Origin: Nanobdellota archaeon
Lineage (GTDB): Archaea > Nanobdellota > Nanobdellia > Pacearchaeales > GW2011-AR1
Assembly: GCA_038045945.1 (NCBI GenBank)
Contig: JBBSXC010000003.1
Coordinates: 188,414 to 252,413, forward strand
Length of the DNA: 64,000 nt
Direction of reading: 5' to 3'
In this document: positions 9,133 through 19,537 of the stretch, piece after piece
Layout of the letters: every line of letters starts with the position of its first letter
How positions within the stretch are numbered: position 1 is the stretch's first letter
The notes under the pieces: generated by a model
Databases searched by the model: none
The model's input: the letters and a program-made list of their open reading frames with translations, nothing else
Told to the model about the DNA's origin: nothing
Translations under genes and position numbers: made by a program

Positions 9133-10569
9133 ATGATGGAAAAAGAAGAATCAAAAATAGAAATTAAAGAAATCTCTAAACACATATGGGAAATACCAAT
9201 GAGCGGAGACATGTTAGTTCCAGGAAGGATATTAGCAAGCAGAATATTAATTGAAGCAATAAAAAAAGATAAAACTATAGAGCAAGTAAAAAACGTTGCC
9301 TGTTTACCAGGAATAATCGGAGCCTCAATAGCTCAATCGGACGCCCATTGGGGCTACGGTTTTAGTATAGGAGGGGTAGCAGCTTTTGACACTAAAACAG
9401 GAGTTATATCCCCAGGGGGAGTAGGATACGACATTAATTGTGGAGTAAGACTAATAAAAACAAACCTAAAAATGAAAGATGTAGAAAAAAAGAAAGAGTT
9501 AATAGTTAATGCGCTCTACGAAGCCGTTCCTAGCGGAGTTGGAGAAAAAGGCAGAATAAAGCTTAGTGATGATGAACTAAACCAAGTAATGACTGGAGGA
9601 GCACAATGGGCAATAAGCAAAGGTTACGGTAAAGAAGAAGACTGGCAACACATAGAAGATTATGGAAAACTAGAAAAAGCAAACCCAAAAATAATAAGTC
9701 CAAGAGCAAAAGCTAGAGGAAGACCACAACTAGGAAGCCTCGGAGCAGGAAACCACTTTGTAGAATTACAATATGTGGATGAAATATTTGATGAAAAAAC
9801 AGCCCAAGCTTTCGGTTTAGAGAAAGGGATGATAACAATAATGATTCATTGCGGCTCCAGGGGTTTAGGACACCAAGTAGCAAGCGATTACATAGAAAAA
9901 ATGGAAAAAGAGTATTCTTGGCCTAAACAAGACAGACAACTAACTAACGCACCAATAAACAGCAAACTAGGAGAAGAATACTTCGGAGCCATGTGCGCAG
10001 CAGCAAACTTCGCTTATGCTAACAGGCAAATAATAACACACTGGATCAGAGAAGCAATGAAAAAGTTATACCCAGGCTTTGTTGCAGAAGTAGTATACGA
10101 TGTATGCCACAACATAGCAAAATTCGAAAAACACACAGTTAACGGTAAAGAAAAAGAAGTACTAATAATGAGAAAAGGAGCAACAAGATCATTCGGACCA
10201 GGAAGAAAAGAGTTATCAGCAGATTACAGAAAAACAGGACAACCCGTAATAATTCCAGGAAGCATGGGAACAGCATCATACGTCCTTGTTGGAACGCAAG
10301 AAGCAGAAAGAATAAGCTGGGGCTCAACTGCTCATGGAGCAGGACGCTTATCCTCCAGAACACAAGCAAAGAGAGAACTTAAAGTAGAAGATATAATAAA
10401 ACAACTAAAAGATAAAGGAATAGTAATAAAATCAGGAAGCATGAAAGGAATAGTAGAAGAAGCACCACAAGTATACAAAGACATAGAAGAAGTAGCAAGA
10501 GTAAGTGACGAATTAGGAATAGGGAAAAAAGTCGTTAGACTAAAACCAATAGGCGTAATAAAAGGATAG
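9133..10569 (+). CDS. rtcB: tRNA-splicing ligase RtcB
   Basis: DAHWGYG, GYDINCG, GNHF, HCGSRG and HGAGR motifs. Confidence 0.97.
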   Translation: MMEKEESKIEIKEISKHIWEIPMSGDMLVPGRILASRILIEAIKKDKTIEQVKNVACLPGIIGASIAQSDAHWGYGFSIGGVAAFDTKTGVISPGGVGYDINCGVRLIKTNLKMKDVEKKKELIVNALYEAVPSGVGEKGRIKLSDDELNQVMTGGAQWAISKGYGKEEDWQHIEDYGKLEKANPKIISPRAKARGRPQLGSLGAGNHFVELQYVDEIFDEKTAQAFGLEKGMITIMIHCGSRGLGHQVASDYIEKMEKEYSWPKQDRQLTNAPINSKLGEEYFGAMCAAANFAYANRQIITHWIREAMKKLYPGFVAEVVYDVCHNIAKFEKHTVNGKEKEVLIMRKGATRSFGPGRKELSADYRKTGQPVIIPGSMGTASYVLVGTQEAERISWGSTAHGAGRLSSRTQAKRELKVEDIIKQLKDKGIVIKSGSMKGIVEEAPQVYKDIEEVARVSDELGIGKKVVRLKPIGVIKG

Positions 10570-10580
10570 GCTACTAATCC

Positions 10581-11417
10581 CTATTCTCTAAGGAATTTAT
10601 AAGCGTCTTCTACACCGCGATCAAAAGTTTTACTTATATTATCAAGATTAACATCAAAATTAGAAAGCATAGCAGTCGGCCCATCAGGCCGGATAACTCT
10701 TATTGAAGGATCATTTTCTAAAGCATCAAGAACCCTGCAAGTATTATCAGCGTAACCCCAAAGTTTAGAAGCTAAAACAGGACGATGAGCAGATAATAAT
10801 CCAAGAATTCTCCCAAAATTCCTTCTTCGCCTAAGAACATGTGAAAAATCTTTATGATGATTAATAACCACAACGATTTCTTCACAACCATCCTGCTTTG
10901 CTCTAGAAACAGGAAATGGGTCACTAAACCCTCCATCAAAATAATTAGAACCACCAATATTTACAGGCCTACTTACAAAAGGAATAGAGCAAGAAGCACT
11001 CATACTACGAAAAACGTTTTCTTTAGTAGGAGTAAAATAATTAGGTTTACCAGTTTTAGCATTAGTCATAACATATGTAATCTTAGGATCCTCACTAAAG
11101 AGTGTTTCCAAATCAAGTCTTGACCTATCACTTTGAAAAATCTCCTCTAAATAACTAAGCCTCATCACGTTACCAGTCAGGAAATTCATAAAAGACAAAT
11201 CAACTAGGTTATTACCACCAATATGATTCTTCCAAGTATTCTCAATAACATCAGGCTGCCCTGAAAACATGAAAGTTAAGGGGTAAGTTCCAACTGAACA
11301 GGCATAACCTCTATCAAAATGTCTTCTGCCTTTTACTCTTCCAAAAGTTGCAGCTACCCCAGCACTATAAGCCCCGCTAGTTCCCCCAGGACCAAAAATA
11401 ATAGCACGTTTAACCAT
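10581..11417 (-). CDS. patatin-like phospholipase
   Basis: Gly-rich GGTSGAY, CSVG nucleophile elbow, ASCSIP, DGG. Confidence 0.85.
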   Translation of the reverse strand: MVKRAIIFGPGGTSGAYSAGVAATFGRVKGRRHFDRGYACSVGTYPLTFMFSGQPDVIENTWKNHIGGNNLVDLSFMNFLTGNVMRLSYLEEIFQSDRSRLDLETLFSEDPKITYVMTNAKTGKPNYFTPTKENVFRSMSASCSIPFVSRPVNIGGSNYFDGGFSDPFPVSRAKQDGCEEIVVVINHHKDFSHVLRRRRNFGRILGLLSAHRPVLASKLWGYADNTCRVLDALENDPSIRVIRPDGPTAMLSNFDVNLDNISKTFDRGVEDAYKFLRE

Positions 11418-11510
11418 GTCTTAACCACTTATTAGTGTGTTTTAAAGTTAATCTCGACAAACATTAATCTTCCGGGATAACTTTATAAATCTCTTAATTC
11501 TCTATAAAAT

Positions 11511-13655
11511 ATGAATAAAAAGGTGCTATTAGTATTAGTAATAACAACGATTCTAACAACAATAACAGCTTATCAAGCAAGCGCACAAGCAGCAACATGT
11601 TACGATAACCAAACAATAATATTCTTATCAGGAGCGACAAACGCTCACGGAGCAATAGGAGCAAATAGCGGATACACAAGCAGAATATGTTACGATAAAA
11701 TATTCGGCACGCCTTATACAGGAACAAATCCTACATCATGCACAACAACAAACAAAATAGTAAGATTATCAGGAAACACTAACGCACACGCAGAACAAGT
11801 AGGACAAACAACACAAGGATACAGCGACGTATGCTACGGAAACTTAGCATGCGTAAGTAGAACACTACAAAACTGCCAAGAAGGAGAAAAAGAAGTTTTA
11901 AGATTATCATCACAAAAAAATTCTCATTTAGCAGTTAATGGAAGTGCAGGACCAATAGCTGTATGTTGTAGAATATTAGGAAATCTTTCAGGAGCAAGAT
12001 GGGAAAACCTAATAGGACAAGAAATAATAATAACAAGCACGGGAAGCACTGTAGCAATGGTAGTACCTGGAACTGACTTAGACAAAACAACAATAAATTA
12101 CACGATAGAAAAACAAACAACAAACTGGTTCTTTTTCAAAACATGGAATGTTGCATCAAGTTCATCAACAAAGGGAATAAAAACTGAACAATTAAACGAT
12201 GAAGGGATTTATAGGTTTAGAGCAAAAATACCAGGACAAACAGAAAAAGTTTCAGCAGAACTACAAGTAATAACAAGCACAAGTACAAGCAACAGTCCGC
12301 CAAGAGTGGCAATAAAAGCACCAATAGACACTGGAATATACTTCCTAAACCAAACACTAAACTTCACAGCCGAAGTAACAGACACGGACGACCCATTATT
12401 AACATACAGTTGGAGTTTTGGTGATGGACAAATTTCAACACTAGCAAATGTTTATAAAATATATTCAAGCCCAGGACAAAAAACGATAATCCTAAGAGTA
12501 ACAGACAGCAGAGGAGCATACGGAGAAGCAAAAGCAGAAATATTACTGGTTAACTCATCATACATGCTAGCATACATATCCTCACCAACATACAACCAAA
12601 TAATACAGGGACTCACAACAACATTTAACGCATCAGGAAAAAGTTACGTTGTAAACGTAACATACTCACCATTTAGCATAAGATGCGTAGCAGGAAATTG
12701 TCCAAACCAAACAGCAGACGGACAAATAAGCATACAAGGAACACCAGCAGCAATAGATAACATAAACTTCTCATGGGCACTAAGTGACGGATACACAAGA
12801 AGCGGACAAGGAAGCAGTACAGCAACAGTAACATACAAGTTCACAACACCAGGACAAAAAAGCGCAAGGATGAACATAAGCATAAGCCCGCAATTCTCAT
12901 CAATGACATGGACTAACTTCACAGTTTATCAAGAAAGCGGAGTACCATACTGTAAAGTAGTAGGAAGCTCAAGTACTTGGATAACAAGTGAAGGAAGCGC
13001 AAGCAGCATAAACGACTGCTATAACCCAAACGCGCAAGCAGGACAACAAATGTGCTGCCCACTAGGATACACATGCACACAACAAGGAAGCACAAGCGTG
13101 TACAAATGCTTACCAGGAGGGTCATCAGGGGGAGTAGCATCATGCGCAGACTACACAACACAAACAGCTTGTAACGCATTTAACCCAACAGTAGCACAAG
13201 AAACAGTTAAGGCAGCAAGCCAAGGAGCAGTAACATGCGGTGGAATAATAAAGCATTATGAAGAGAACGGAAAGTTCTATAGAGAAATAGCAGACAATTG
13301 CAGATGTGTATGGGACGCAAGCGCCAGCGCAGGAACACAATGCAAATCATCATACGACACAATAAAAGAATGCGTTGACGGACTATGCGGACAACAACAA
13401 ATAGGAAGCTGTGAAACATCAGTAGCATTAAGCCAAGACTTATGCTCACAACCACAAAAAGTAAAAGTATACAACATTAATTCTGTATGGACAGGAAGCG
13501 TTGACCAAACACCAGAGTCATGTAAAAGCGGCAGCATACAAAAGGGATGTGTAGACTTTGCACAAATAAGACTACCATTCTTTAATTATTTACAACTGAT
13601 AATAACAATAGCAATAATAACAGGTTTTTATTATTACAAAAAAAGAAGGAACTGA
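11511..13655 (+). CDS. secreted Cys-rich PKD-domain surface protein with C-terminal TM anchor
   Basis: Signal peptide, YSWSFGDG PKD motif, C-terminal TM plus KKRR. Confidence 0.85.
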   Translation: MNKKVLLVLVITTILTTITAYQASAQAATCYDNQTIIFLSGATNAHGAIGANSGYTSRICYDKIFGTPYTGTNPTSCTTTNKIVRLSGNTNAHAEQVGQTTQGYSDVCYGNLACVSRTLQNCQEGEKEVLRLSSQKNSHLAVNGSAGPIAVCCRILGNLSGARWENLIGQEIIITSTGSTVAMVVPGTDLDKTTINYTIEKQTTNWFFFKTWNVASSSSTKGIKTEQLNDEGIYRFRAKIPGQTEKVSAELQVITSTSTSNSPPRVAIKAPIDTGIYFLNQTLNFTAEVTDTDDPLLTYSWSFGDGQISTLANVYKIYSSPGQKTIILRVTDSRGAYGEAKAEILLVNSSYMLAYISSPTYNQIIQGLTTTFNASGKSYVVNVTYSPFSIRCVAGNCPNQTADGQISIQGTPAAIDNINFSWALSDGYTRSGQGSSTATVTYKFTTPGQKSARMNISISPQFSSMTWTNFTVYQESGVPYCKVVGSSSTWITSEGSASSINDCYNPNAQAGQQMCCPLGYTCTQQGSTSVYKCLPGGSSGGVASCADYTTQTACNAFNPTVAQETVKAASQGAVTCGGIIKHYEENGKFYREIADNCRCVWDASASAGTQCKSSYDTIKECVDGLCGQQQIGSCETSVALSQDLCSQPQKVKVYNINSVWTGSVDQTPESCKSGSIQKGCVDFAQIRLPFFNYLQLIITIAIITGFYYYKKRRN

Positions 13656-13661
13656 AAAAAC

Positions 13662-16340
13662 ATGAATAAAAGAGTGACAATAATATTAGGATTACTTCTA
13701 ATGACTTTAACACCATTAGTAATGGCAGGTTATAATAAAGGAGTGCCAATTGATGGACTAGTAAGCAGTTACCCGAGTAATACAGCAGTAAGTGGATGGT
13801 TAAACATGAGCTTCTCGCAAGAACCAGCAGACTCAGTATTCACCGCAAACGTACAAGGAAACATAACACTCCAAGAATTATTAGAATACAATAACATAAG
13901 TTATGATTGCAACCCAACAGATTGTAAACCATCATACACAGCATCAAGCAGCGATGGATCAACAACAAAGGATTTCTCACTAAGCACATCAAACAAACTA
14001 ATAACAATAAAAGTTGTAGGAAACTTCAAAGAAGTAATAAGTGACGGATTCTCAATGAAGATACAAGCAACAAACAGCGACACATGCCAAAACCCACTAA
14101 TGATAGACATACTAGACGACCAAGAAGTAGACTTCATAAGCAAAAATTATTCCTCAGACTACTCATGTAAGTACGAAAGCGGTTACGGATGCTTTAGCTT
14201 AACAGAACAAGCACAAGAAACAGAAATACAAGAAACACCATACTGTAACAAAATAAAAATACCAGCAGGAAACTCATACGAGATAGGAGCAGAAATAAAA
14301 AAAGGAGCACAAGCAATAACATACGATAATGGGTTACTAAACATGGAACTTTATGGATTAGAAGGAGAATTCATTGATTCATGCTCATTCAAAACACCAG
14401 GACCATCAATTAACGGAGGAGAAATAGGATGCTACATTAATTACACTAATAATGACCTGGCAGAATACTTCTTGTGCTTATCAGCAACAGAAAGTTCATC
14501 AGGGTACATAACAAAATACGAAACGAGCAGCAAAGCTTGCGGATTCTTTGACAACCCACCAAGCCAAAACTACGAAGCAAACTACAAATTATACACAAAA
14601 GGAGCAAAATACGGAAATGTTGGAACGATAGAAATAAATGACACAACATACGAAGAAGGAGGTTTAAGCTCATCAAGCCTAACATCAATAATAACATCAT
14701 ACATAAACGAAAAGTTCGATGGAAACTGCACAGAAGGATGCGCAATACCAATAATGATAAGTTCAGATTCACAAACACAAATAAAAATTGTTTCATCATC
14801 ACTAAAATACAGAACAAACGTGGGAGTAATAGAAACAAAAACAGTTTATGATTCAAGCAAACAACCAATAAGAATAAGCACACCATACACAAAACTTGAT
14901 TTGACAAAAGCAAACTTCCAAGTAGGAAGCAATTACGGAAATTCAACCTTGCGAATATACTACAAAAACATAGAAATACTAAACAAAAAAATAGAGATAA
15001 AAAAGATTCCAGTAATACAAAGCATAAGACCAACAAGCGCAGCAGCATACCAAAACACAGTATTCACATCAACAATAATAAACAAACCAGTCGGTAACAA
15101 CACATTAACATACAACTGGGATTTTGGTGACGGAAGCGCAGGAATCCAAACAAAAGAGAACTCGAGCACCCACAAATATACAGATATAGGAAACTTCACA
15201 GTAAAACTAACAATAACAGACACGCAGGGAAACACAAACACAAAAACATCAACAATAAGCATAGGAAGCCCAAAAACAATAATAAACACAACAATAACTA
15301 ATTACAAAAAGAACCTTAACAAAGTAGCAGTACAAATAAGCCAACTACCACAATGGCAAGCAAAAAGAATTAAAGAAATAATAGACATTAACCAGTCACA
15401 AACAGTTCTAGACCAAGCAATAAAAGACTACACGGCAGCACTAAACGAGGATGACGATGAAGAGTTCTTATCAATAATGGAGTCATTATCAGACATTTAC
15501 GTACCAAGAGAAATAAACATAAGCAGTAAAGCAACAAACGTACCATACTTACCAGAAGAAGATAACTTCAACCAAGAAGAATTACAAGAATTATCAGCAG
15601 AAACATACCCAGAATCAGAAAACACAGCAAGAGCAATAAATGACTGGGCAGAACAAAACTTAGAAGTAAGTTATGATTACCAAACAATAGCAGGATACTC
15701 AGAATCAGGAATTGATAACATAATAACAACATACAAAATAAGAATAAAACCAATAACAGATGAAGCAAACAAAGTTTACTTAATAATCAATGATGAAACA
15801 GCAGAATTCGCAAGTGATTACTCACAAACAGAGGGAATAGGATACTACGGCATGACACTAGACTTAAGTTCAGGAGAAAAAACAGTAGAGTTCTCAGTAG
15901 AAGGATCGGACACACCAACAGAAATAATATTCTCAATAAGTCCGCAAGCAGCAAAAATAGACTTATCAAAATATGATGATATAGGAGAGATAAAACCATG
16001 CAATTATAACAACGTTTGCGAATTACAACTTAACGAAGACAAATACACATGCCCAAGCGACTGCAAAAGCAACACTAAAAAAATATGGGCGATAGCAGCA
16101 GTCTTAGCACTAGCAATAATCGCTTACGCCCTAATGATGTGGTGGTACAGAAACAAGTACGCACTACACTTATTCAAAAACAAAAATGATTACTTAAACA
16201 TCATGAACTACATTTACAAATCAGACAAAGCAAAAATAAGCAAAGAAAAAATAATGGAAAACTTAACTAAGAGTGGTTGGAAAAACGAACAGATAGAATT
16301 CGCATGGAAAAAGTACCAAAAAGACAACAAAAACAAATAA
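13662..16340 (+). CDS. large PKD-domain surface protein, membrane anchored
   Basis: Signal peptide, YNWDFGDG PKD motif, CNYNNVCE..CPSDC, TM near C-terminus. Confidence 0.85.
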   Translation: MNKRVTIILGLLLMTLTPLVMAGYNKGVPIDGLVSSYPSNTAVSGWLNMSFSQEPADSVFTANVQGNITLQELLEYNNISYDCNPTDCKPSYTASSSDGSTTKDFSLSTSNKLITIKVVGNFKEVISDGFSMKIQATNSDTCQNPLMIDILDDQEVDFISKNYSSDYSCKYESGYGCFSLTEQAQETEIQETPYCNKIKIPAGNSYEIGAEIKKGAQAITYDNGLLNMELYGLEGEFIDSCSFKTPGPSINGGEIGCYINYTNNDLAEYFLCLSATESSSGYITKYETSSKACGFFDNPPSQNYEANYKLYTKGAKYGNVGTIEINDTTYEEGGLSSSSLTSIITSYINEKFDGNCTEGCAIPIMISSDSQTQIKIVSSSLKYRTNVGVIETKTVYDSSKQPIRISTPYTKLDLTKANFQVGSNYGNSTLRIYYKNIEILNKKIEIKKIPVIQSIRPTSAAAYQNTVFTSTIINKPVGNNTLTYNWDFGDGSAGIQTKENSSTHKYTDIGNFTVKLTITDTQGNTNTKTSTISIGSPKTIINTTITNYKKNLNKVAVQISQLPQWQAKRIKEIIDINQSQTVLDQAIKDYTAALNEDDDEEFLSIMESLSDIYVPREINISSKATNVPYLPEEDNFNQEELQELSAETYPESENTARAINDWAEQNLEVSYDYQTIAGYSESGIDNIITTYKIRIKPITDEANKVYLIINDETAEFASDYSQTEGIGYYGMTLDLSSGEKTVEFSVEGSDTPTEIIFSISPQAAKIDLSKYDDIGEIKPCNYNNVCELQLNEDKYTCPSDCKSNTKKIWAIAAVLALAIIAYALMMWWYRNKYALHLFKNKNDYLNIMNYIYKSDKAKISKEKIMENLTKSGWKNEQIEFAWKKYQKDNKNK

Positions 16341-16401
16341 AATAATCATAAATCATATGAAAGTTTATAAAGGAAAGTGCTAAAGTAATAATAACAAAAC
16401 A

Positions 16402-17043
16402 ATGGTGATAAAAATATTTAAAAACTTTTTTGACAAATTCTCAAGTATATTTGCGAGTAAAAAAGGAATAAGTTTAGGATTCTACGGTCCACCAAACGCA
16501 GGTAAAAGCAGTTTAGCTAACAAAATATGCAAAGACTGGACTGGTGAAGAAATGAGTAGTGTAAGTAAAATACCTCATGAGACACGCAACGTTCAAATAA
16601 AAGAAAAAGTAGACATTGAGTACGAGGGAAAGAAACTAACACTAAAACTAGTTGATACACCAGGAATAGCAACAAAAATAGATTATGAAGACTTCTTAAA
16701 ATTTGGAATGAACAAAAAAGACGCACAAGTAAGGGCTAAAGAAGCAACACAAGGAATAGTAGAATCAATAAAGTGGTTAGACGACGTAGACTTAGTAATA
16801 GTAGTATTAGACAGCACACAAAACCCATACTCACAAGTAAACATAACAATTATAGGGAACCTAATAGCAAGAAAAATACCAGTGCTAATAGTAGGTAATA
16901 AGATAGACCTAAAAAAATCAGATATTAGAAGAGTAGAATCAGCATTCCCAGAATACGACGTTGTCGGAATATCAGCAAGAAGCGGTAAAGGAATGAAAGA
17001 ATTCTACGAATTATTATTTAAACTAGCTAAAAAAGTGAAATAA
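16402..17043 (+). CDS. oapA: archaeal Era-like GTPase (OapA family)
   Basis: GPPNAGKS, DTPG, NKID; upstream of a DUF2073 gene. Confidence 0.85.
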   Translation: MVIKIFKNFFDKFSSIFASKKGISLGFYGPPNAGKSSLANKICKDWTGEEMSSVSKIPHETRNVQIKEKVDIEYEGKKLTLKLVDTPGIATKIDYEDFLKFGMNKKDAQVRAKEATQGIVESIKWLDDVDLVIVVLDSTQNPYSQVNITIIGNLIARKIPVLIVGNKIDLKKSDIRRVESAFPEYDVVGISARSGKGMKEFYELLFKLAKKVK

Positions 17044-17048
17044 TAACC

Positions 17049-17453
17049 ATGGGACACAAAAAAACAGTTAAATTAGGAAACAACACCCTAGCTATAAGCT
17101 TCATACCTTACAGCGAACTAGCAAGCATGGAAAGCATGACAAAAATAAAGAAGATTCTTGATTGGTGCCTTGATAACAGAATTCTAATAATTCAAGGATC
17201 ATTAACACCAACAGAAGAAGCAAGTCTTATACAAAGCACTATGGCACTTGTTGGAAGAGTTAAAGGATTCAAAGGTATCGAAATAGCAACAATTAACGGT
17301 AACAAAAAAGAAGAAACACTAATGGAAAGAATGAAAGAAAACTTAGCAAAAGCACTCGTAGGTGACAGAGCAATAATAACTCTCATTGGACCAGCAGCAA
17401 TAGTAAAAGACATAAAGAAAGACCCAAAAAAGATAGAACTACTACTAAAATAA
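17049..17453 (+). CDS. oapB: DUF2073 protein (OapB family)
   Basis: LTPTEEASLIQSTM..FKGIEIA..TLIGPA motif; synteny with the GTPase. Confidence 0.82.
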   Translation: MGHKKTVKLGNNTLAISFIPYSELASMESMTKIKKILDWCLDNRILIIQGSLTPTEEASLIQSTMALVGRVKGFKGIEIATINGNKKEETLMERMKENLAKALVGDRAIITLIGPAAIVKDIKKDPKKIELLLK

Positions 17454-17456
17454 TAA

Positions 17457-17774
17457 ATGAAAAAGTCAAGAGAATTCTCAATAAGCACAATTATCTTACT
17501 AGTTATACTTTCAATAAGAGCAATAATACAATTATTTGGTGCAGTAACACTATATAGCCCACTTTTCACTCCCATATTCTTCTTATTGGCCGCGCTTTAT
17601 ATCGTAGCAATTATTGGCATAATAAAAAAGCATAAGTGGGGATTAATATCCTCATTTATAGTAGCCGTGATTGATGTAATGATAGCATTATCCATAGGAG
17701 GAGCAGCCTCTTTAGGAGCGGGAATAATCGACTTAACAATAATATTCTTAACTTATAAAGAATACAAAAAATAA
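17457..17774 (+). CDS. hypothetical integral membrane protein (about 4 TM)
   Basis: 105 aa, mostly hydrophobic. Confidence 0.7.
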   Translation: MKKSREFSISTIILLVILSIRAIIQLFGAVTLYSPLFTPIFFLLAALYIVAIIGIIKKHKWGLISSFIVAVIDVMIALSIGGAASLGAGIIDLTIIFLTYKEYKK

Positions 17775-17780
17775 GGATTA

Positions 17781-18263
17781 TTACTTAACTAAGAATTCTA
17801 ATCTGTGTTCAACCTTCCTAACACCAACAGTTTCTTCACCAACAAAACTTAGAGGCCCGTTACTTCTATCAATCGATTTATACAATAAAGGGTTAATTTT
17901 TACTTCTAAACACCAAGAACCAGCAGCATCCCAATCATTAACCCTCTTACGAAAACCCTTACCTCTAGAAGGCTTAACTAAACGATACCTAGAAACAATA
18001 GCCTCAGGCTCCAAACAACTACCATCACCATCATAAGTATCAACTATCAAAGAAACACTAACTCTCTCACGACCACTCTGTGGAAGAGGAAAATCTAAAG
18101 ATGCAGACTTAGGCAGATATAACAAGTCACCAAACTCAGAAGTTGGTGGAGCGGGGATACCTGTAGTATTTGGAGACGGTACAAGTAAAAGCTTATTTTC
18201 ACGCTTAGTTTTACTTAAAACAAAACGATAAGTCATAGTTACAGAGTCATAAGTAACATCCAT
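17781..18263 (-). CDS. hypothetical protein
   Basis: 160-aa ORF with TATA-like box upstream. Confidence 0.65.
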   Translation of the reverse strand: MDVTYDSVTMTYRFVLSKTKRENKLLLVPSPNTTGIPAPPTSEFGDLLYLPKSASLDFPLPQSGRERVSVSLIVDTYDGDGSCLEPEAIVSRYRLVKPSRGKGFRKRVNDWDAAGSWCLEVKINPLLYKSIDRSNGPLSFVGEETVGVRKVEHRLEFLVK

Positions 18264-18312
18264 AATAAACTAATAGAAAAGCAGACTTTTAAAAATAGTT
18301 ATAACAAAAGAG

Positions 18313-18813
18313 TTACTTTCCAGCCCAGGCTCTTCTTTCACCTTTAAGCTTATAATCTAATATTTCTAACTCTTCATAAATGCCCTCAATAAGATCATAA
18401 TTCTTAGCTTCAGTTAGAGTAACCCAAGCGTACTCAGTAAGCTCATCAGAAAGTTTAATATGATCACAAACAGGGTTAGCATAAAGACTTACAATAATTG
18501 CTGGAATACCATCAGGCCTTGAAAAAACCATACTAGTAACATAACCGATACTTGATGGAACAATGTCAAGATTAGTTTCTTCTTTAACTTCCCTCATAAC
18601 AACGCTTTCTAAAATGTTATACCAACAATCAGGAGTATCCTTAGGTTTATTCATATAATCACTAGTTTCTAATTTTCCCCCAGGAACAGTCCACCTACCA
18701 GGAAAGGACTTCTCAGACAAAGAACGCTTAGCAATCAAAAACTTACCATTTAACACAAGAATAGCAGTTACAGTTATATAATGAGCCTTTTTGGGATCAT
18801 AAACAATAGTCAT
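18313..18813 (-). CDS. NUDIX hydrolase
   Basis: WTVPGGKLE...REVKEETNL Nudix box with an insertion. Confidence 0.88.
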   Translation of the reverse strand: MTIVYDPKKAHYITVTAILVLNGKFLIAKRSLSEKSFPGRWTVPGGKLETSDYMNKPKDTPDCWYNILESVVMREVKEETNLDIVPSSIGYVTSMVFSRPDGIPAIIVSLYANPVCDHIKLSDELTEYAWVTLTEAKNYDLIEGIYEELEILDYKLKGERRAWAGK

Positions 18814-18834
18814 AACGATTCTTGTTAATAATCA

Positions 18835-18844
18835 TATTTAAATA
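18835..18844. promoter_or_regulatory. palindromic TATA box shared by divergent genes
   Basis: TATTTAAATA lies 21 nt from each divergent ATG (18813 and 18866). Confidence 0.7.
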
Positions 18845-18865
18845 ATTCCTCAAAATCCTTGACTA

Positions 18866-19483
18866 ATGACAATAAACAACGAAAGAAAAATATTAGAATC
18901 ATTTCTACATAACAAAAAACTAAAATTTAGCGAAATAGAAAATTTGCTAAGAATAAGATCAAACAAGTTATCATACCACTTAAAAAGGATGGTAAAAAAT
19001 GATTTATTAAAAAAAGAAGGAGATAATTACTTGTTAAGTAAAAAAACAGAAATGCTAATACCATACTTATCAGAGAAAAAAGCAGTGTTGCCAGTAGTAG
19101 TCATAATGATTAAACAAAAAGGCGAAGTTTTTTTAGTAGAAAGAGAAAAAAGACCGTTCAAAGGAAAACTAGCACTACCAGCAGGAAGAATAATACTAGG
19201 GGAAAGAATACAGGAATCAGTTACTAGGATAATGAAAGAAAAATACTTCATAAATGCAGAAATAAAGAAGACTTGTTCATTATCATTAGAACAAGTAAAA
19301 GATGAAGGAAAGATAGTTCATTCTTTCATGCTAATACTAGTAATTGCTAAAACAAAGGACAAATTAGTCTATTCTGACCCTAAAAAGCTTAAAAATAGGA
19401 TAATAAAAAGTGATTATGAACTAATAATTAATGATAGCAAGAAAAACCTAAAAATAAAAGAATTCAATACCAAAGATTTATAA
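18866..19483 (+). CDS. winged-HTH plus degenerate NUDIX domain protein (putative regulator)
   Basis: KFSEIE..SNKLSYHLKRM HTH; LPAGRIILGE..TRIMKEK lacks the catalytic glutamates. Confidence 0.75.
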   Translation: MTINNERKILESFLHNKKLKFSEIENLLRIRSNKLSYHLKRMVKNDLLKKEGDNYLLSKKTEMLIPYLSEKKAVLPVVVIMIKQKGEVFLVEREKRPFKGKLALPAGRIILGERIQESVTRIMKEKYFINAEIKKTCSLSLEQVKDEGKIVHSFMLILVIAKTKDKLVYSDPKKLKNRIIKSDYELIINDSKKNLKIKEFNTKDL

Positions 19484-19537
19484 TAATTCTATAATAGTCA
19501 CACAATATTATTATACATATTTCACCTTTTTATTAAT

